Shown piece by piece: positions 62,069 to 64,000 of a DNA stretch of 64,000 nucleotides (position 1 is its first letter; every line of letters begins with the position of its first letter). Below the pieces are notes generated by a model. It worked only from the letters and a program-made list of their open reading frames with translations. It was not told where the DNA came from and did not search any database. Source of the stretch: Coleofasciculus sp. B1-GNL1-01 (GTDB lineage Bacteria > Cyanobacteriota > Cyanobacteriia > Cyanobacteriales > Coleofasciculaceae); assembly GCA_040220235.1 (NCBI GenBank), contig JAVJTO010000109.1. One strand, 5' to 3'. The position numbers and the translations under genes are program-made.

Positions 62069-62522
62069 AATGGCTGTTCACCTCCTTATCGGCTACTATT
62101 GTGGAATCAGCGTCCTGCCTCCTTTAGCAATGGGTAGACAGATTTAATACTGTCTACTAGCTGAGGGTTCTTTGCTTATTGTGATAGGTTAATCCGGCAC
62201 TGCTTGTGTCCTAGATCACTGACCATCTAAGATCTTGATTGATCGAGTTGAAAACTCACTGGATGTGCTGACCAGGTATCGTTTTAACCTTCACCCCCCA
62301 TCAACTTGAGGGTAATTTTAGTTAACTCACTTCACACCACTAAAAGCTAGTTGCAGACTACACCCCTACTTGGTCGTGTTGATGGGTAGCCACAGCTAAG
62401 ACAGGTCACTACCTCGTCGTCAGATAGTCTTTTATGAGAATCTATCTTACGAAATGTTAACGTAATTTCGTATAAATATCTTTACATCGTTGATTTAATT
62501 TTTCAATGATGTTAATCAAGTT

Positions 62523-63089
62523 TTAAGATTCTGACGAGGGATTAATCTCTTCCTCTAGGAGGATGATTTTTATGTGATCGCCTACTTGTAGTCCTAGTTG
62601 AGCGGTTCGTCCCCCAGCGAGTTCAATCACTTGGTCAACCAGAACCCCTGGTCCATAGGTAGGACAGGGAGTGGAGATACAGGGGGGAACATTTTCCGCG
62701 ATCGCTTTGACCTCGCCATCTCGCAAAAAGATCATATCCAGGGGGATTTTCACATTCTTCATCCAAAAGCTAGCGGGTCGCGGCGGATTCAAGGGAAACA
62801 ACATCCCTCGATCTGGCGCTAAAGCCGTGCGATACATCAATCCGATCTGTTGTTGTCGAGGTGTCCTAGCCACTTCGAGTAAAATCTGCTGATCACCGAT
62901 CTGGGTTTGAGCGCTAATAGGTAACATCTGACCGGAATTAGAGGATGACGAGGAGAGGGAAGGCGGTTCTGGAAGTGGTTTGCCAGATTTTAAGGGGGTG
63001 CCATCGGCGACAGGGTTGGAACCGGAAACCGAACATCCAAACAGTATCAGACTAAGCGTGATTCCGAATAGGCGAGTATGATAGGTCAT
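62523..63089 (-). CDS. DUF192 family lipoprotein
   Basis: GLMYR, GMLF, FWMKN, PLDMIF and VIEL..G; LFGC lipobox. Confidence 0.9.
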   Translation of the reverse strand: MTYHTRLFGITLSLILFGCSVSGSNPVADGTPLKSGKPLPEPPSLSSSSSNSGQMLPISAQTQIGDQQILLEVARTPRQQQIGLMYRTALAPDRGMLFPLNPPRPASFWMKNVKIPLDMIFLRDGEVKAIAENVPPCISTPCPTYGPGVLVDQVIELAGGRTAQLGLQVGDHIKIILLEEEINPSSES

Positions 63090-63114
63090 GAGTTTAGGTT
63101 AGGGAGATGGGGTT

Positions 63115-63138
63115 GTAGAGACGTGCCATGGCACGTCT
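63115..63138. repeat. GTAG-type REP palindrome, truncated
   Basis: GTAGAGACGTGCCATGGCACGTCT. Confidence 0.8.
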
Positions 63139-63280
63139 GGGAGTAGGGGAAGATGGGGGCGAATGATGAATGAAAAATGACGTAGCTTGCTTCTTTTCAG
63201 GAGCGAGTAGGACAAATGACCAATGACCAATGACCAATGACAATCAAAACCGTTAACTTTAATTTTTCCCACCCACTTAA

Positions 63281-63982
63281 CTAAGATTCTCGTAAAACAT
63301 ACCCGACACCCCGGACAGTTTGAATAAGACGCTTGTCACCCTCATCTTCAATTTTCAGGCGTAGGTAACGGATATATACCTCAATCACATTCGACTCACC
63401 TAGAAAATCGTATCCCCACACATTTTCCAGAATCTGTTCGCGAGTTAAAACTTCACGGGGATGAGTCATCAAATACTTCAGCAGTTCAAACTCTTTCATG
63501 GTCAAATCAATCACTCGTCCTCCCCGCATAGCGCGGCGCGTCGTCAAATCCAACACCAAATCCCCAAATCGGAGTTGTTCACTCGTATTGGTATCCGGTT
63601 CTAGATACAGACGTATCATCTGCAAAAAGGCATCAGCGCGATAGGGTTTTAGGAAAAAATCATCAGCACCCGCTTCTAAGCAGGCGACTCGATCCTCAAT
63701 CGTGTCGCGAGCGATGAGTAAGAGTAAGGGAACACGAGAACCGGCTTTTCTCAGGCGAGTACATAAATTGAGACCGGATTCGCCAGAACCAGAAAGCGAT
63801 TGATCCACAACCATCATAGCGGGTTGGATTTCACAAGCTTGATGCCAGCCACTGGGCGCATCTGTGGCGATAACCGTATGATAGCCAGCTTCTATTAGAT
63901 CTAGACTCATGCGTTGAGCTAGACTTTCATCGGTTTCTACAAGCAAAACACAGGGATTACCGTTAAGGGGAGCAGATTGCAT
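63281..63982 (-). CDS. nblR: OmpR-family response regulator NblR
   Basis: Atypical receiver (LVETDE, DL.EAGY, ARDTIEDRVACLEAGADD) plus wHTH SNVIEVYIRYLRLK. Confidence 0.85.
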   Translation of the reverse strand: MQSAPLNGNPCVLLVETDESLAQRMSLDLIEAGYHTVIATDAPSGWHQACEIQPAMMVVDQSLSGSGESGLNLCTRLRKAGSRVPLLLLIARDTIEDRVACLEAGADDFFLKPYRADAFLQMIRLYLEPDTNTSEQLRFGDLVLDLTTRRAMRGGRVIDLTMKEFELLKYLMTHPREVLTREQILENVWGYDFLGESNVIEVYIRYLRLKIEDEGDKRLIQTVRGVGYVLRES

Positions 63983-64000
63983 AGATGGCGTTGGTGGTGA

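Noticed and set aside
62070..62520. Possible ncRNA or riboswitch in a long intergenic region
   Set aside because: No recognisable family motif; would need an Rfam/Infernal search

Overview
64 kb of a cyanobacterial chromosome, judged from frequent HIP1 GCGATCGC octamers, STRR heptamer arrays, ccmS, nblR and ndbB. It is probably a filamentous, repeat-rich Oscillatoriales/Coleofasciculus-like strain (inference). Housekeeping genes (uvrB, panD, thrS, cofG, ndbB, aas, tatC, ureB, murA, tRNA-Leu(CAG), lpdA, trpC, nblR) alternate with accessory genes. Notable accessory loci: (1) a 2311-aa secreted haemagglutinin-like protein with tandem repeats and a C-terminal CHAT (caspase-like) domain, divergent from DUF928 and a CHASE2 adenylate cyclase; (2) a signalling cluster of a CheY-like regulator, a His-less pseudo-Hpt, an unannotated kinase-like protein and an HD-like protein; (3) an RTX-type extracellular nuclease with a Pho box; (4) a HigBA-like toxin-antitoxin pair; (5) an LRR-only protein. 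The intergenic DNA holds many very small mobile-like elements: GTAG REP palindromes, TA-flanked MITE-like shells, and 21-25 nt elements nested up to three deep. STRR arrays supply several start codons. No CRISPR array, rRNA or transposase was seen. All family assignments come from recognising motifs by eye; no database search was run.
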